Assembly (NCBI GenBank): GCA_036271755.1
Contig: DATBAA010000959.1
Location: 1 to 30,133, forward strand
Direction: 5' to 3'
From: Myxococcales bacterium
Lineage (GTDB): Bacteria; Myxococcota; Myxococcia; Myxococcales; 40CM-4-68-19
DNA: 30,133 nt
The position numbers and the translations under genes were made by a program. Numbering within the stretch: the stretch's first letter is position 1; each line of letters opens with the position of its first letter. Below the pieces are notes generated by a model. That model made no database searches. It was given only the letters and a program-made list of their open reading frames with translations, and was not told the DNA's origin. Below, one piece after another: positions 1 through 11,937 of the stretch.

Positions 1-1
1 C

Positions 2-1597
<1,596 letters not shown>

Positions 1598-1598
1598 A

Positions 1599-2699
<1,101 letters not shown>

Positions 2700-2743
2700 G
2701 CTACCGGACGAACTGTGTGCTGGGCTTCATGAGGAGAGCGTAG

Positions 2744-4003
2744 ATGGCGACCGCGACCGCAGCAGCGAGCAAACCGAAGACCGCGGCACCCCCGCGCGTT
2801 CCCGTCTGGGTCTGGGAAGGCAAGACCCGGACCGGCGAGATCAAGAAGGGCGAGATCGAGGCGCCTGACGAGGCCAGCGTCCAGCAGCGCCTGCGCGCCA
2901 TGGCCCTGCAGAGCGTGAAGATCAAGAAGAAGCCCATGCAGCTGAGCTTGAAGCTGCCGGGCATGGGCGGCATCGCCCAGAAAGACCTGGTCATCTTCAC
3001 CCGCCAGTTCGCGACGATGATCGACGCCGGCCTTCCGCTGGTGCAGTGCCTCGACATCCTCGCCACCCAGCTCGACAACCTCGCCTTCCGCGACGTGCTC
3101 ACCAAGGTGAAGGTCAAGGTGGAGTCGGGCTCGACGCTGGCCGACGCGCTGGGCGATCACCCGAAGGTGTTCGACACCCTCTACGTGCAGCTGGTAGCCG
3201 CCGGCGAAATCGGCGGTATCCTCGACACGATCTTGAACCGCCTCGCCCAGTACATCGAGAAGAACGAGAAGCTCAAGGGCAAGGTGAAGAGCGCCATGGT
3301 GTACCCGATCGCCGTGTTGTGCATCGCGGTCGTGGTCACCGTCGTGCTGCTGCTCAAGGTCACGCCGGTCTTCGAGAAGATGTTCAAGGACTTCGGCGGC
3401 GCCATGCCCGCGCCCACCCAGATCGTCATCGACATGTCGCAGTGGCTGCAGTCGTACGGCGTCTATCTGCTCGTCATCATCGTGGGCAGCGTCTTCGCCT
3501 TCAAGTTCTGGTACGGCTCGAAGAACGGCCGCGTCCAGTTCGACAAGTTCATCATCAAGACGCCCATCTTCGGCGACCTCATCCGCAAGGTCGCTGTGGC
3601 CCGCTTCACCCGCACGCTGGGCACCATGATCTCCTCCGGCGTGCCCATCCTCGACGCCATGGAGGTGGTCGCGAAGACCGCCGGCAACACCGTGGTCGAG
3701 CGCGCCATCCGCTACACCAAGGAGAAGATCTCCGAGGGCAAGACCATCGTGCAGCCGCTGGCGGAGACCAAGGTCTTCCCGCCCATGGTGGTGCAGATGA
3801 TCGGCGTCGGCGAGGCCACCGGCGCCATGGACCAGATGCTCACCAAGATCGCCGACTTCTACGACGACGAGGTGGACACGGCGGTCGCCGGGCTCACCAG
3901 CCTCATCGAGCCGGTGATGATGGTGTTCCTGGGCGGCGTGGTCGGCGGCTTCCTCGTCGCCATGTACCTCCCCATCTTCAGCATCGCCGGCTCGATCAAG
4001 TAG
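2744..4003 (+). CDS. pilC: Type IV pilus inner-membrane platform protein PilC (T2SSF family)
   Basis: FTRQFATMIDAGLPLVQCLDIL, AGEIGGILDTIL, GEATGAMDQML, C-terminal AMYLPIF; SD GAGGAG at 2731-2736. Confidence 0.96.
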   Translation: MATATAAASKPKTAAPPRVPVWVWEGKTRTGEIKKGEIEAPDEASVQQRLRAMALQSVKIKKKPMQLSLKLPGMGGIAQKDLVIFTRQFATMIDAGLPLVQCLDILATQLDNLAFRDVLTKVKVKVESGSTLADALGDHPKVFDTLYVQLVAAGEIGGILDTILNRLAQYIEKNEKLKGKVKSAMVYPIAVLCIAVVVTVVLLLKVTPVFEKMFKDFGGAMPAPTQIVIDMSQWLQSYGVYLLVIIVGSVFAFKFWYGSKNGRVQFDKFIIKTPIFGDLIRKVAVARFTRTLGTMISSGVPILDAMEVVAKTAGNTVVERAIRYTKEKISEGKTIVQPLAETKVFPPMVVQMIGVGEATGAMDQMLTKIADFYDDEVDTAVAGLTSLIEPVMMVFLGGVVGGFLVAMYLPIFSIAGSIK

Positions 4004-4015
4004 CCGGGCAACTCC

Positions 4016-5650
4016 GTGGGCGCGGCCGCAGACAGCTTCGCGTCGATGCCCCCGGAGGCGAAGGCGCCCGAGCTCTTTCGCAAGCTGCTCTGGCTGAGCG
4101 GGCTCCGGCTCCTCGTCGGCACCGCGCTGCTCACCGCCACCGCGGTGCTCTCGTTCGGCTCGGGCGGAGAGACGTTCCCCGGCCGGGCCGAAGCGCTGCT
4201 CTACGGCATCATCGCCAGCATCTATCTGGGGTCGCTGATCTCGGTCGCGTTCCTGCGCTCGGGGCGGTTTCTGGCCGGCGTCGCCAAGGGGCAGATCGTC
4301 GGCGACGTGCTGGCGGCCAGCGGGCTCGTCTACCTGACCGGCGGCGCCGAGAGCATCTTCACCATCCTCTATCCGCTGGCCATCGTGAACGCGGCCATCG
4401 GGCTGGGGCGGCGCGGCGCCTTGGCGGGCGCGCTGCTGTCGGCCATCGCCTTCTGCCTGCTGGCGCTGGGCATGGAGCGCGGCCTCATCGCGCCGCCGCT
4501 CGCGTTCGTCGAGCGCACTCCGCTGCCCGCCGCGCGGCTGATGCTGACGCTGGCGGCGAACCTCTCTGCCTTCCTGCTGACGGCGCTGCTCGCCGCGTAC
4601 CTGGCCTCCGCGCTGCAGGGCGCCCGCAAGGAGCTGGCCAAGACGGCGACCGAGCTGGCCGGCCTGGAGGCGTTGCACGAGAGCATCGTCGAGTCGGTGG
4701 CCAGCGGCATCCTCACCACCGACGTGAGCGGCCGCATCACCTACTTGAACCGCTCCGCCACGCAGCTGACCGAGCTGCAGCTCGAGGACGTGCGCGGCGA
4801 GCCGCTCGATCATCTGCTTCCGCTGCTCTCGCAAGGCCAGCGGCACGGCGAGGCGATCTTCGGACCTCGCGTGGTCAGCTTCGCCATCGCCGATCTGACG
4901 CTGGCCGCCGGGGGCCAGGTGATCGTGCTGCAGGATCTCACCGAGCTGCGGCGCATGGAAGAAGAGGTCCGCCGCGCCGACCGCCTGGCCGCGCTGGGCA
5001 AGCTCTCCGCCGGCCTCGCGCACGAGATCCGCAATCCGCTGGCGTCGATGTGCGGCTCGGTGGCGCTGCTCGGCAAGTCGCCGGGGCTGGGCGAGAAGGA
5101 GCGGCGCCTGCTGCAGATCGTCTTTCGCGAGGGCGAGCGGCTGGAGGTGCTGGTGAGCGAATTTCTCGCCTTCGCGCGGCCGGCCGAGCCGCGGATGGCG
5201 CCCATCGAGCTGGGCGAGCTGCTCGATGACACCCTGGCGGTCTTCCAGCTGGACGCCAAGGCTGCCTCGCTCGACGTTTCGGTGGACTCTCCGCAGGCGC
5301 AGGTCCGGGTGCTGGCCGACGCGGGCCAGCTGCGCCAGGTGCTGTGGAACCTGCTCAGCAACGCCGCCGAGGCGGCCGGCGCGGGCGGCACCGTGCGGGC
5401 GCGGCTGCGCCAGGCGGAGTCCATGGCGGTGCTGGAGGTCGAGGACAGCGGACCCGGCATTCCCCAGCCGGATCTCCAGCGCATCTTCGATCCGTTCTTC
5501 ACCACCAAGGAGTCGGGCACCGGCCTGGGTCTCGCCATCGTCCATCGCATCGTCGAGGCCCACGGCGGCCAGCTCTCGGTCGAGAGCGCTCCAGGCAAGA
5601 CCCGCTTCTCCATCGCCCTCCCCGCGCAAGCCTCCCGCACCGCCGCGTAG
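4016..5650 (+). CDS. pilS: Membrane sensor histidine kinase PilS
   Basis: Multi-TM N-terminus, PAS-like segment, H-box GLAHEIRNPLAS, HATPase motifs (NAAEA, EDSGPGI, FFTTK, GTGLGL); lies between pilC and pilR. Start uncertain (GTG 4016 or ATG 4046). Confidence 0.9.
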   Translation: MGAAADSFASMPPEAKAPELFRKLLWLSGLRLLVGTALLTATAVLSFGSGGETFPGRAEALLYGIIASIYLGSLISVAFLRSGRFLAGVAKGQIVGDVLAASGLVYLTGGAESIFTILYPLAIVNAAIGLGRRGALAGALLSAIAFCLLALGMERGLIAPPLAFVERTPLPAARLMLTLAANLSAFLLTALLAAYLASALQGARKELAKTATELAGLEALHESIVESVASGILTTDVSGRITYLNRSATQLTELQLEDVRGEPLDHLLPLLSQGQRHGEAIFGPRVVSFAIADLTLAAGGQVIVLQDLTELRRMEEEVRRADRLAALGKLSAGLAHEIRNPLASMCGSVALLGKSPGLGEKERRLLQIVFREGERLEVLVSEFLAFARPAEPRMAPIELGELLDDTLAVFQLDAKAASLDVSVDSPQAQVRVLADAGQLRQVLWNLLSNAAEAAGAGGTVRARLRQAESMAVLEVEDSGPGIPQPDLQRIFDPFFTTKESGTGLGLAIVHRIVEAHGGQLSVESAPGKTRFSIALPAQASRTAA

Positions 5651-5697
5651 CTGAACTGTTTTGTTTTTCTTCTAGCGAGCTGAGGTAGGTTTCGGGG

Positions 5698-7072
<1,375 letters not shown>

Positions 7073-7080
<8 letters not shown>

Positions 7081-7846
7081 GATCGCGCTTGCTGAAGATG
7101 AGGCCGCTCAAGAGCAGGAGCACCGCGGCGTAGCAGAGGCCGTAGGCGGCGGAGGTGGCGACGTAGCTGCCGGGGACCACCAGCCGGTTGGCCGCGCTCG
7201 ACTTGAGGTTGAGCAATTCCAGATCCGGCAGCAGCCGGTAGAAGAGGCTGGCGAAGCTCCGCGCCGAGGTGCTGTGCGACCGCTCGCCGAACGCGCGCAG
7301 ATCGCTCACCAGGTGGCCGATGAGGAAGATGGCCAGCGAGAAGCCGGCGGCGAGCATCGGCGTGGAGAAGCTGCCGAAGAGCATGGCCACGGCCGCCAGC
7401 AGGGTGAGCTCGATGAAGATGAGGAACATCGCCTGCACCACGGTCGCGTCCAGCCGCTCGCTGGCGAGGCGCATCAGGATGCCCAGCAAGAGCAGCATGA
7501 GCAGCGCGTTGGCGGCCAGCACGGCGACGAGGCCCAGGTAGCGTCCAACGACGAAGGTGCCGCGGGTCACCGGCTTGGCCAGCGTGGGAAAGATGGTGCG
7601 CCGCTCGATCTCGCCGGCCACCAGGTTGACGCCCACCACCACCGCGATGAGCGCGCCGCCCAGCTCCGCCGCCGAGAGGCCCTGGTCGAGGATGATTCGC
7701 CGCCACTCGCCGAAGGTGAGCTGCGCCACGAAGAGCGAGCTGCCGAGCAGGAGCGCCGCGAAGATGACGACGTTGTAGAGCAGCTTCGAGCGGATGAGCT
7801 CGCGCACGGTGTTCCAGGCAAGAGCAGCGACCAGGGACAAGTTCAT
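7073..7846 (-). CDS. pilI: ABC-2-type permease, PilI-like
   Basis: 257 aa with about 6 hydrophobic segments, EIERRTIFPTLAKPVTR motif, C-terminal FSKRDLK typical of ABC-2 permeases; SD GAGG upstream; cognate ATPase at 11938. Confidence 0.8.
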
Positions 7847-7853
7847 GAAGACC

Positions 7854-8777
7854 TCATTGCGCGAGCAGACCCGACTGCGTTCCCTGGCGTCCCCGCACGC
7901 GCAGCCGCGGGGCGGCGCTGGAGACGGCCTCGCCGTTCGGCAGCAGCTTGTAGCTTCCGCCGTGCGGCTCTTGCGGCGCCTCGGGCAAATCGCCTGTGGA
8001 GACCAGCGCAGCGATCGACTGCGCCGCGGCGCCGGTGCGCTGCTTGTACTTGTCCGACGCCGCTTCGATCTCGCGCAGGTGCCGCTCCATGCGCAGGTCG
8101 AGCAGGCGCTCGTGCCAGGCAGCGCGGGTGGCGTCCTCGGTGGCCTCGGACTCCATCACGGTGGCGAGCTTCTCGCCCAGGTCGACCGCGCCGGCGTCGG
8201 CGGCGAGCCGGGTGGCGAGAAAGCCGATGTACTTCGGCGCGTCCGGGAGCTTGGCGGCGGCGGTCATGGCTTCCGCGGCGTCGCCCATCTTGCCCAGGTA
8301 GAACGAATCGATGAAGCCGAGCAGGAAGGGCACGCGCCAGTCGCCGGGACAGGCGGCGACACCGCGGCGCAGGAGCTGCTCGGTGGCCATCACATCGGTG
8401 GCCTTGCCGTCGATGGTGTGGCGGGGCATGGCGCTGCCCGCGTAGCGGTAGGCGCCGCAGAACTGCGGGTCGAGCTCGGTGGTGTAGTCGAGCAGGCGGG
8501 CGAGCTGCAGATCTTCGAGCCGGGCTCCGGCGGCGGTCATGGCCGCTTTGCGGCCGCCGTGGATCTGCACCGCCGCGAGGAAGCTCAGGTCGGCGACGAA
8601 CGAGCGCATGCCGAACGAGAAGGGCCGGGCGACTTCCGGCGGAAAGAGCGGGGCCTCGAACGCCGCGGAGGTCACCTCGGGCCGGCTGCCGTCCGCGAGC
8701 TCACGCAGCCCGTAGGCAGAGAGTCCGAAGACGGCGATGGCGGCGATTCGAAGGAGAGGTCCCCGCACGGCATTCAC
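7854..8777 (-). CDS. pilG: PilG-like (myxobacterial PilG / Geobacter XapA-like) membrane-anchored TPR-like protein
   Basis: N-terminal TM anchor, FGMRSFVADLSFLAAVQIHG and LDYTTELDPQFCGAYRYAG motifs, helical repeats (DWRVPFLLGFIDSFYLG); directly downstream of pilA. An alternative GTG start at 8768 is plausible. This is myxobacterial PilG, not the CheY-like PilG of Pseudomonas. Confidence 0.7.
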   Translation of the reverse strand: MNAVRGPLLRIAAIAVFGLSAYGLRELADGSRPEVTSAAFEAPLFPPEVARPFSFGMRSFVADLSFLAAVQIHGGRKAAMTAAGARLEDLQLARLLDYTTELDPQFCGAYRYAGSAMPRHTIDGKATDVMATEQLLRRGVAACPGDWRVPFLLGFIDSFYLGKMGDAAEAMTAAAKLPDAPKYIGFLATRLAADAGAVDLGEKLATVMESEATEDATRAAWHERLLDLRMERHLREIEAASDKYKQRTGAAAQSIAALVSTGDLPEAPQEPHGGSYKLLPNGEAVSSAAPRLRVRGRQGTQSGLLAQ

Positions 8778-8784
8778 TTTATCA
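8776..8784 (-). promoter_or_regulatory. Candidate extended -10 promoter (TGaTAAAGT) for pilG-pilI
   Basis: On the minus strand TGATAAAGT lies just after the pilA terminator and 7 nt before an in-frame GTG (8768); no SD visible. Confidence 0.4.
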
Positions 8785-8791
8785 GGCTCGC

Positions 8792-8831
8792 GAAAGAAGA
8801 GGGCGGCGACCTCGCGTGAAGGTCGCCGCCC
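8792..8831 (-). terminator. Rho-independent terminator of pilA
   Basis: Perfect 12-bp stem GGGCGGCGACCT / AGGTCGCCGCCC (8801-8812 / 8820-8831) with a 7-nt loop, followed on the minus strand by TCTTCTTTC; starts 24 nt after the pilA stop. Confidence 0.85.
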
Positions 8832-8854
8832 GAAAATTCAGATTCGCTGAGAGA

Positions 8855-9427
8855 CTAGCGGTTGACGTCGTTCTGGTCGTTGGACGGCTCGCCCGAGGCG
8901 ATGTTCTGGCCGAGGTGCGAGTCGCAGGTGGCGTCGCTGGTGCGGCCGTCGCTCGAGATGCTCCAGATGTCGGTGGTGGTGTCGGTGTCGATGTTGCCGA
9001 CGGCCTCGCCGACGAAGCCGGTCGAGGTGACGGTCGGGTTGGCAACGCCGCAGGTCAGGCCGGCGACGGTCAGCGGGCTGTAGCCCTTGAAGACGTCGAC
9101 TTCGATGGCCATCGCGTTGGTCGCGGTGCTGGAGCCGGTGCCCGTGCGGGTGTCGAACGCGGTGCCCTGGGTGGTGAAGTAAGCGTAGCGGTTGTTGCGC
9201 TCAGGAGCGAAACCGATTTCGCCGACGTAGGAGGAGTAGCGATCCTTCTCCTGCGAGAACGCCTTCTCGGCGGTGAACATCGCCTTCAAGTTGGCCTTCG
9301 CCTCCGACTGCTTGGAGCGGGCCTGGAACTTGATGAAGTTCGGGATGGCGATGGCGGCGAGGATGCCGATGATGGCGACGACGATCATCAGCTCGATAAG
9401 GGTAAAGCCCTTCATCAGCTTCTTCAT
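8855..9427 (-). CDS. pilA: Major type IVa pilin PilA
   Basis: Class III signal MKKLMKG|[37 protein letters not shown] with Glu at +5; [10 protein letters not shown] and GNIDTD...DIW motifs as in myxobacterial pilins; two Cys; SD AGGAG at 9438-9442; own promoter and terminator. Confidence 0.97.
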   Translation of the reverse strand: MKKLMKGFTLIELMIVVAIIGILAAIAIPNFIKFQARSKQSEAKANLKAMFTAEKAFSQEKDRYSSYVGEIGFAPERNNRYAYFTTQGTAFDTRTGTGSSTATNAMAIEVDVFKGYSPLTVAGLTCGVANPTVTSTGFVGEAVGNIDTDTTTDIWSISSDGRTSDATCDSHLGQNIASGEPSNDQNDVNR

Positions 9428-9482
9428 GGTTTCGTTACTCCTACGGGTGCTGGCGGGGTTGCCAGGAGACGGGAATCACTTA

Positions 9483-9498
9483 AGCAAGCGCCTTGCCA
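9483..9498 (-). promoter_or_regulatory. Sigma-54 (-24/-12) promoter of pilA
   Basis: Minus strand reads TGGCAAGGCGCTTGCT, matching TGGCAC-N5-TTGC(A/T) with exact GG-N10-GC spacing, about 55 nt upstream of the pilA ATG. Confidence 0.88.
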
Positions 9499-9535
9499 GC
9501 CGTAAAGAAAACCTCCAGGCCGTTTAAAGCCGGAC

Positions 9536-11899
9536 CTACACGCGATTGGTGACAGAAAGTGTCAGTCGGCCGACACGGTTTGTCACTATCAGGATCATAA
9601 GCGCCAAAATAGCGACGCCAATGCCGGCGGCGAGGCCTGTAGGGCGGAAACGCAGCTCGACCTCGTGATGCCCAGCCGGCACCACAACGCCCGCAATCGC
9701 GCCGTCCACCGCCAGTGTCGCGGCAGGTTTCCCGTCCACCTGCGTGCTCCAACCCGCGTCGTAGTGCTCGCCCACTTCCAGGATCGCGGCGGAGCGCGCG
9801 TTCACCTCCGCGTGCATGTGCTCGGGCGAGATGCGCGTCAGCGCGACGGTGCCCGGCGAGCCCCGGGCCGGAGCGACCAACGTCGCGGCCTGCGCGTCGC
9901 GGGGGAGCAGGATCGCGGTGCGCGTCGCATCGACGGCCCGCAGGCGCGCGGCGAGCGCGGGCATGTCGGGCGCGGTCTCGGCGTGGTCGAGCAGCCGCGC
10001 GCGCGGACCGGCGGGTAAGGTGAGCAGCCACATCCCGTAGTGGATGCGTTGGAAGCCCAGCTCCGCCGCGTGCGCATCGGTGAGCCCGCGCGGCATCGTC
10101 AAGAAGAAGCGGACGGTGAGCAGCGAGAACGACTCTCGCGGCGCGCCCTCGAGGAGCGGCGCGAAGTCGGGATCGGGGACGCTGAAGTAGTCCGAGACGC
10201 CCTCTATATGGAAGAGCGCATCGAACTGCGGCCGCAGCGGCTCGCGCACGTTCAGGTTGCTGCTGGTCTTGGGGTCCAGGTCCTGCGCGACGATGCCGAG
10301 CTCCGGCCGCACGTAGAGCCGCCAGCGGCCGGCGCTCGGGCCGGCGATCCGTTCGAGCTCGGGAGCCAGCGGCGGCGGATCGCGGAAGTTTTCAATGGGA
10401 ATGGTGATGAGCTGAGTCCCGGCGGAGGCGAGCGACGCCGCGGCGCAGGTGGCGGTGGCCAGGGCCGCGCCCGGGAGCCGCGGCCGCAGCACGAAGGCCA
10501 GCGCCGCCAGGGCGAAGAGGCCGATCAGCTCACCTTCTTGAAGGAGGCCGCCCTGCAGCGAAGAGACGAAGCTGGCCGCGGCTTCGGGTGAGTGGATCTG
10601 CCCCCGGGTAGCGAACCAGTCGCGCAGAGCGCCGGCGCGCTCCGTGGCCAGGAACGAGCCGGTGGCGAAGACGGCGGAAGAGAGCCCGGCCAGCGCCGCC
10701 AAGGCGACCGCGCGGCGGCGCGAGCGGAAGGCCGCGTCCGCGCCCAGCGCGGCCGCCACCGCCAGCATCAAGGAAGCGAAGGCGATCAGCTTCTCGGCAT
10801 AGCGAAAGAGCCCGAAGCCCGGCACCACGCGGTGGAGGATGGGCTGCAGCCCCAGCTTCTCGCCGGTGGCCGCCAGCGCGAACAGGAGCCCTCCATAGAG
10901 GAAGAAGCGGCCGCGCCTTCCGCCCAGGAGCGCGAAGAGCGCGAAGAGGAGCGCGCCCGTGCCCAGGTAGATGCTGGGCGCGAAGGAGACGCCGTCGAAG
11001 TACTCCTCGAACGGAGAGAGGCCGCGGCTCTCGCGCAGCGAGGCGGCGAGCTCGGGCGCGTCGTCGAAGGCGCGCGGAACGAAGAGGCCCGGAAGCCGCT
11101 CCGGCGAGACGGCGAAGTGCTCCAGCTCGTAGCGCGACAAACCCTTGGCCCGGCGCGAGACCTGGCTCGCGGCGGGCAGCGCGACGGGCGCGCTCAGCGC
11201 CAGCGCCAGGCCTCCCCAGGCGGCGGTCAGCAGCAGCGCCCGCGGCAGCTCCTTGCGCCGTGAGAGCGCGCGCGCCACCGCGAAGGCCGCTCCGATGAGT
11301 CCGCCCACCAGCATGGACTGCGGCTCGCCGCCGTAGGTGCAGAGCGCCAGCAGCGCGGACGCCGAAAGGAGCCTGCCGCGCGACGGCTTGTCGAGCAGGG
11401 CGATGAAGCGCTCCAGCGCCAGCGGCACACCCGCCGGACCCACCACGTAGATGATGTTCGACGCCGCTTGTGAGACGAGATAACCGCAGGCGCCGAAGAC
11501 GACGCCGCCGGCGGTGGCTCCCGTGCGGGAAGCGCCCAGCCTGCGCGCCAGCAGGTAGAGCCCCGCGCCGGCCAGCAGCAGCGGCAGCAGGTGATTGAGC
11601 TTGAAGGCCAGGTCGAAGGGGAAGATCAGATAGAGGAGCGACCAGGGGTGCAGCATCCCGGGCGACACCTGCCCCAAGACCGAGACGCCCGACTCGGTCC
11701 AAGGGTCCCAGAACGGAAGCTGCCCTTGCCGCAGCCGTTCGGCCATATACTTCTTGACCGGGTAATAAAGGCGGCCGGTGTCCCGATAGAAGAGCTGCAC
11801 GTCGGGGTCGAGCACCGGCCAGGCGAGCAGGAGAAACGCGCCCAGGGCGATGAGCGCCGGCAGGAAACGTCGCGAAGTTGCCCACTTGCCTTGGCGCAC
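9536..11899 (-). CDS. YfhO-family GT-C-type multi-membrane protein (putative glycosyltransferase)
   Basis: About 787 aa, many TM segments; LFYRDTGRLYYP and PFWDPWTESG in the first loop; FRYAEK; soluble domain ending GEHYDAGWSTQVDGK...AIAGVVVPAGHHEVELRFRP plus a final TM, the typical YfhO C-terminus. The ORF-track start (TTG 11935) is 2 nt from pilH, so GTG 11899 is preferred. Confidence 0.78.
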   Translation of the reverse strand: MRQGKWATSRRFLPALIALGAFLLLAWPVLDPDVQLFYRDTGRLYYPVKKYMAERLRQGQLPFWDPWTESGVSVLGQVSPGMLHPWSLLYLIFPFDLAFKLNHLLPLLLAGAGLYLLARRLGASRTGATAGGVVFGACGYLVSQAASNIIYVVGPAGVPLALERFIALLDKPSRGRLLSASALLALCTYGGEPQSMLVGGLIGAAFAVARALSRRKELPRALLLTAAWGGLALALSAPVALPAASQVSRRAKGLSRYELEHFAVSPERLPGLFVPRAFDDAPELAASLRESRGLSPFEEYFDGVSFAPSIYLGTGALLFALFALLGGRRGRFFLYGGLLFALAATGEKLGLQPILHRVVPGFGLFRYAEKLIAFASLMLAVAAALGADAAFRSRRRAVALAALAGLSSAVFATGSFLATERAGALRDWFATRGQIHSPEAAASFVSSLQGGLLQEGELIGLFALAALAFVLRPRLPGAALATATCAAASLASAGTQLITIPIENFRDPPPLAPELERIAGPSAGRWRLYVRPELGIVAQDLDPKTSSNLNVREPLRPQFDALFHIEGVSDYFSVPDPDFAPLLEGAPRESFSLLTVRFFLTMPRGLTDAHAAELGFQRIHYGMWLLTLPAGPRARLLDHAETAPDMPALAARLRAVDATRTAILLPRDAQAATLVAPARGSPGTVALTRISPEHMHAEVNARSAAILEVGEHYDAGWSTQVDGKPAATLAVDGAIAGVVVPAGHHEVELRFRPTGLAAGIGVAILALMILIVTNRVGRLTLSVTNRV
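9550..9585. promoter_or_regulatory. Tandem palindromic upstream activator sites (probable PilR enhancer)
   Basis: TGACA-GAAAG-TGTCA (9550-9564) and CGACA-CGGTT-TGTCA (9571-9585), 21 bp apart, with a central GTCGGCCGAC palindrome (9565-9574); about 80-115 bp upstream of the inferred pilA start site. Confidence 0.7.
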
Positions 11900-11937
11900 G
11901 CTAGACGTTATCCGCGCCGCGGGACCACGAGGCAACT

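Noticed and set aside
8855-9406. Pilin as an electrically conductive e-pilin (F1, F24, F27, F50, Y57; 16 F/Y/W in 183 aa, about 9%)
   Set aside because: These aromatic positions are common to deltaproteobacterial pilins, the pilin is full length, and the aromatic-density criterion is contested.
9450-9465. Second TGGCAA on the minus strand in the pilA leader as another sigma-54 site
   Set aside because: The GG-to-GC spacing is one base too long and there is no TTGC. It is better read as a 5-bp leader hairpin (CTGGC-N6-GCCAG).
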